Shown: positions 59,160 through 64,000 of the stretch, piece after piece
How the letters are laid out: the number at the start of each line of letters is the position of its first letter
Position numbering within the stretch: position 1 is the first letter of the stretch
Assembly (NCBI GenBank): GCA_964016885.1
Contig: OZ024741.1
Coordinates: 128,588,001 to 128,652,000, forward strand
Direction of reading: 5' to 3'
DNA: 64,000 nucleotides
Source of the DNA: Eledone cirrhosa
Lineage: Eukaryota
Position numbers and translations under genes: made by a program
Notes under the pieces: generated by a model
Databases searched by the model: none
What the model was told of the DNA's origin: nothing
The model's input: only the letters and a program-made list of their open reading frames with translations

Positions 59160-59330
59160 GAAGCGCATGGCTTTGTCGTGTCGTTGGCACCGGCTTTCTC
59201 ACACTTTATGTCACGCTGAGAATTACGATAGGGAGTATAGGTATCTATGGAATGCTCAGCCACTTGTACGTTAAATTAACGACCAGGTTGTTCCATTGAT
59301 TCAAACGACTACAACTCTAGTCATCGGGTT
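59160..59330 (+). mobile_element. Decayed SINE, second family
   Basis: tcacactttatgtcacgctgagaattacg..tgctcagccacttgtacgttaa; recalled as a common cephalopod repeat, not verified. Confidence 0.45.
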
Positions 59331-59479
59331 AATGCATTTCGTTTTCATTCGAAGGAGGGGTTTCCTTCACCAAACCGAGTATGTCCATGCCCTTGCACAT
59401 ACACACCACACCACACACATACGCATTCATACATACACACCACACACATGCACACACACACATACATACCCCCCCCCCC

Positions 59480-61470
<1,991 letters not shown>

Positions 61471-61569
61471 AAAAAATGATTATTAGATTTAAGCGTTAGA
61501 AATAAAGTAGCTTCGCCTCGAGGGACATATAATGTATTTCACGATATATTTTTATTTGATTTTAAATAG

Positions 61570-61600
<31 letters not shown>

Positions 61601-62965
61601 GGTGGTGGTAGTGTTGCTGTTTGTGATGGTGGTGGTCGTCGTGATGGTAGTGTTGGTGTTGTTGGTGGTGGTGGTGGTGGTGGTGGTGGTATGGTGGTAA
61701 CGTTACTGTTGTTGTGATGGTGGTGGTGGTGGTGGTAGTCGTTGCTGTTGGTGATGGCGGTGGTGGTGGTTGTGGTAGTCGTTGCTGTTGGTGATGGCGG
61801 TGGTGGTGGTGATGGTAGTGTTGGTGTTGTTGGTGGTGGTGGTGGTGGTAGTGGTGTTGGTGGTGGTAGTGGTGTTGGTGGTGGTGTTGGTGGTGGTAGT
61901 GGTGTTGGTGGTGTTGGTGGTGGTAATGGTGTTGGTGGTGGTAATGGTGTTGGTGGTGGTAGTGGTGTTGGTGGTGTTGGTGATGGTAGCGGTATTGATG
62001 GTGGTAGTGGTGGTGGTGGTGTTGGTGGTGTTGGTGGTGTTTGTGGTGGTGGTAGTGGTGTTGGTGTTGGTGATGGTGGTGTTGGTGGTGGTAGTGGTGT
62101 TGGTGGTGGTAGTGGTGTTGGTGATGGTGGTGATGGTGGTGGAAGTGGTGTTGGTGGTGGTAGTGGTGTTGGTGGTGGTAGTGGTGTTGGTGATGGTGGT
62201 GTTGGTGGTGGTGGTGTTGGTGGTGTTGGTGGTGGTAGTGGTTTTGGTGATGGTGGTGTTGGTGGTGGTGGTAGTGATGCTGGTGTTGGTGGTGTTGTTG
62301 GTGGTGGTAGTGGTGTTGGTGATGCTGGTGTTGGTGGTGGTGGTAGTGGTGTTGGTGGTGGTAGTGGTGTTGGTGATGGTGGTGTTGGTGGTGGTGGTAG
62401 TGATGCTGGTGTTGGTGGTGATGTTGGTGGTGGTAGTGGTATTGGTGGTGGTGGTGGTAGTGGTGTTGGTGGTGGTAGTGGTGGTGGTGGTGGTGGTGGT
62501 GGTAGTGATGGTGGTGTTGGTGGTGGTGTTGGTGGTGGTAGTGGTATTGGTGGTGGTAGTGGTGTTGGTGGTGGTAGTGTTGGTGGTAGTGGTATTGGTG
62601 GTGGTAGTGGTGTTGGTGGTGGTAGTGGTGTTGGTGGTGGTAGTGGTGTTGGTGGTGGTAGTGTTGGTGGTAGTGGTGTTGGTGGTGGTAGTGATATTGG
62701 TGGTGGTAGTGGTGTTGGTGGTGGTAGTGGTGTTGGTGGTGGTAGTGTTGGTGGTAGTGGTGTTGGTGGTGGTAGTGATATTGGTGGTGGTAGTGGTGTT
62801 GGTGGTGGTAGTGGTGTTGGTGGTGGTAGTGGTATTGGTGGTGGTAGTGGTGTTGGTGGTGGTAGTGGTGGTGGTAGTAGTGGTGTTGGTGGTGGTAGTG
62901 GTATTGGTGGTGGTAGTGGTGTTGGTGGTGGTAGTGGTGGTGGTAGTAGTGGTGTTGGTGGTGTA
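61570..62965. repeat. (GGT)-derived minisatellite (GGTGGTGGTAGTGGTGTT-type 18-mers)
   Basis: Directly visible; source of the Pro-, Gly-, Thr- and Val-rich ORFs. Confidence 0.95.
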
Positions 62966-63339
62966 TGTTTGAAACATGAATGACATTTTTTTTTTTTTTT
63001 GACGTGGTTTTTCTTCTTTAACCTCAAAGCAATCGTTCCAACATAGTGAAACTTGAGTGTAGTCAGCACGTTGTCAGATGACAGTATGTGAGTCTATGTC
63101 TGTCTGTCTCTGTGTGTGTGTGTGAGTCTATGTCTGTCTGTATGTGTGTGTATGTGTGTCTACGTGTCTCTGTATGTGTTTGCGTGCGTGTGTGTGTCTA
63201 CGTGTGTGTGTGTGTATGTGTGTCTACGTCTGTCTGTGTATGTGTGTGTCTACGTCTGTCTGTGTATGTGTGTGTCTACGTCTGTCTATCTGTGTGTGCG
63301 TGAACGTGAGCATGTATGTGTGTGCGTGAGCATGTGCGC

Positions 63340-63375
<36 letters not shown>

Positions 63376-63380
63376 ATGAT

Positions 63381-63766
63381 ATTGTTTGTCTTGTCATATC
63401 AACTATTTTTCTGTACGTTAATAGAACGTTTTATAAAGTTTGTGTGTGTGCCTGTCTGTCTGTCTGTGTGTGTGTGTGTGTGTGTACGTACGTATATGTG
63501 TTTAATGTGTGTACGCGTGTGTGTGAATATATGAGTGAATGTGTATGTGTGCGTGTGTTTGAAATTGTTTGTCTTGTTATATCAACTATTTTTCTGTACG
63601 TTAATAGAATGTTTTATAAAGTGTGTGTGAATGTGTGTGTGTGTGTGTATGTGTGTGTGTGCGTGTGTATGTGACATTTGTGTGTATATGTATGTGTATG
63701 TATGTGGTATTGTTTGTCTAGTTATATAAGCTATGTATCTGTATGTCAATAGAACGTTTTATAAAG
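63381..63766. repeat. Three-unit composite repeat: ~58-bp block separated by (GT)-rich spacers
   Basis: attgtttgtcttgt.atatcaactatttttctgtacgttaatagaa.gttttataaag at ~63381, 63564 and 63709. Confidence 0.88.
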
Positions 63767-64000
63767 CCATTTTTTTTGTATGTCTATGTATATGTGTTTT
63801 GGGGGAGAAGGAGTAGTTAGAAAGAAAGGGTAGGATTCCATTTATCTTCCAAGATTTGGGGTGGGTTGGCGGCTCAGAGAGGTATTGGATAGGGCCAGGG
63901 ACCTTTGTGGGACCTCTGGATCTGATTGGTTGGAGCGATTGATGCCAATGTGGTGATGATAAACTGGATGATGGATTAAATCTATCACCCAAGTAAGCTA

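Noticed and set aside
63854-63992. Plus-strand exon candidate (ttccaAG ... GTAAGC)
   Set aside because: Stops in all three plus frames; the minus-strand ORF is unrecognisable and cut by the window edge.

Overview
Repeat-saturated eukaryotic, non-coding-looking DNA. The SINE families and extreme microsatellite load resemble a coleoid cephalopod (octopus-like) genome, which is an inference. No host gene can be called with confidence; there is only one candidate 129-bp exon near 58.4 kb. Nearly all long ORFs in the track are artefacts of stop-poor tandem repeats. Supported content: (i) a 200-N gap followed by a ~13.1-kb satellite of a 19-bp near-palindromic unit with higher-order structure; (ii) non-LTR retroelements each embedded in a different microsatellite: five head-to-tail R4/Dong-type RLE copies in (TAA)n, a second R4-like family in (TACA)n, a near-full-length Tx1/L1-clade LINE in (TATC)n with a visible 16-bp TSD, an internally deleted RTE derivative in (TATG)n, and Penelope-like elements (PLEs) in (TA)n; (iii) eight minimal type-I hammerhead ribozyme motifs (intact or near-intact) plus decayed ones, mostly in PLE pseudo-LTR-like repeats that often form inverted repeats around (TA)n; (iv) many tRNA-derived SINEs, RTE and CRE fragments, a Helitron-like element and several minisatellites.
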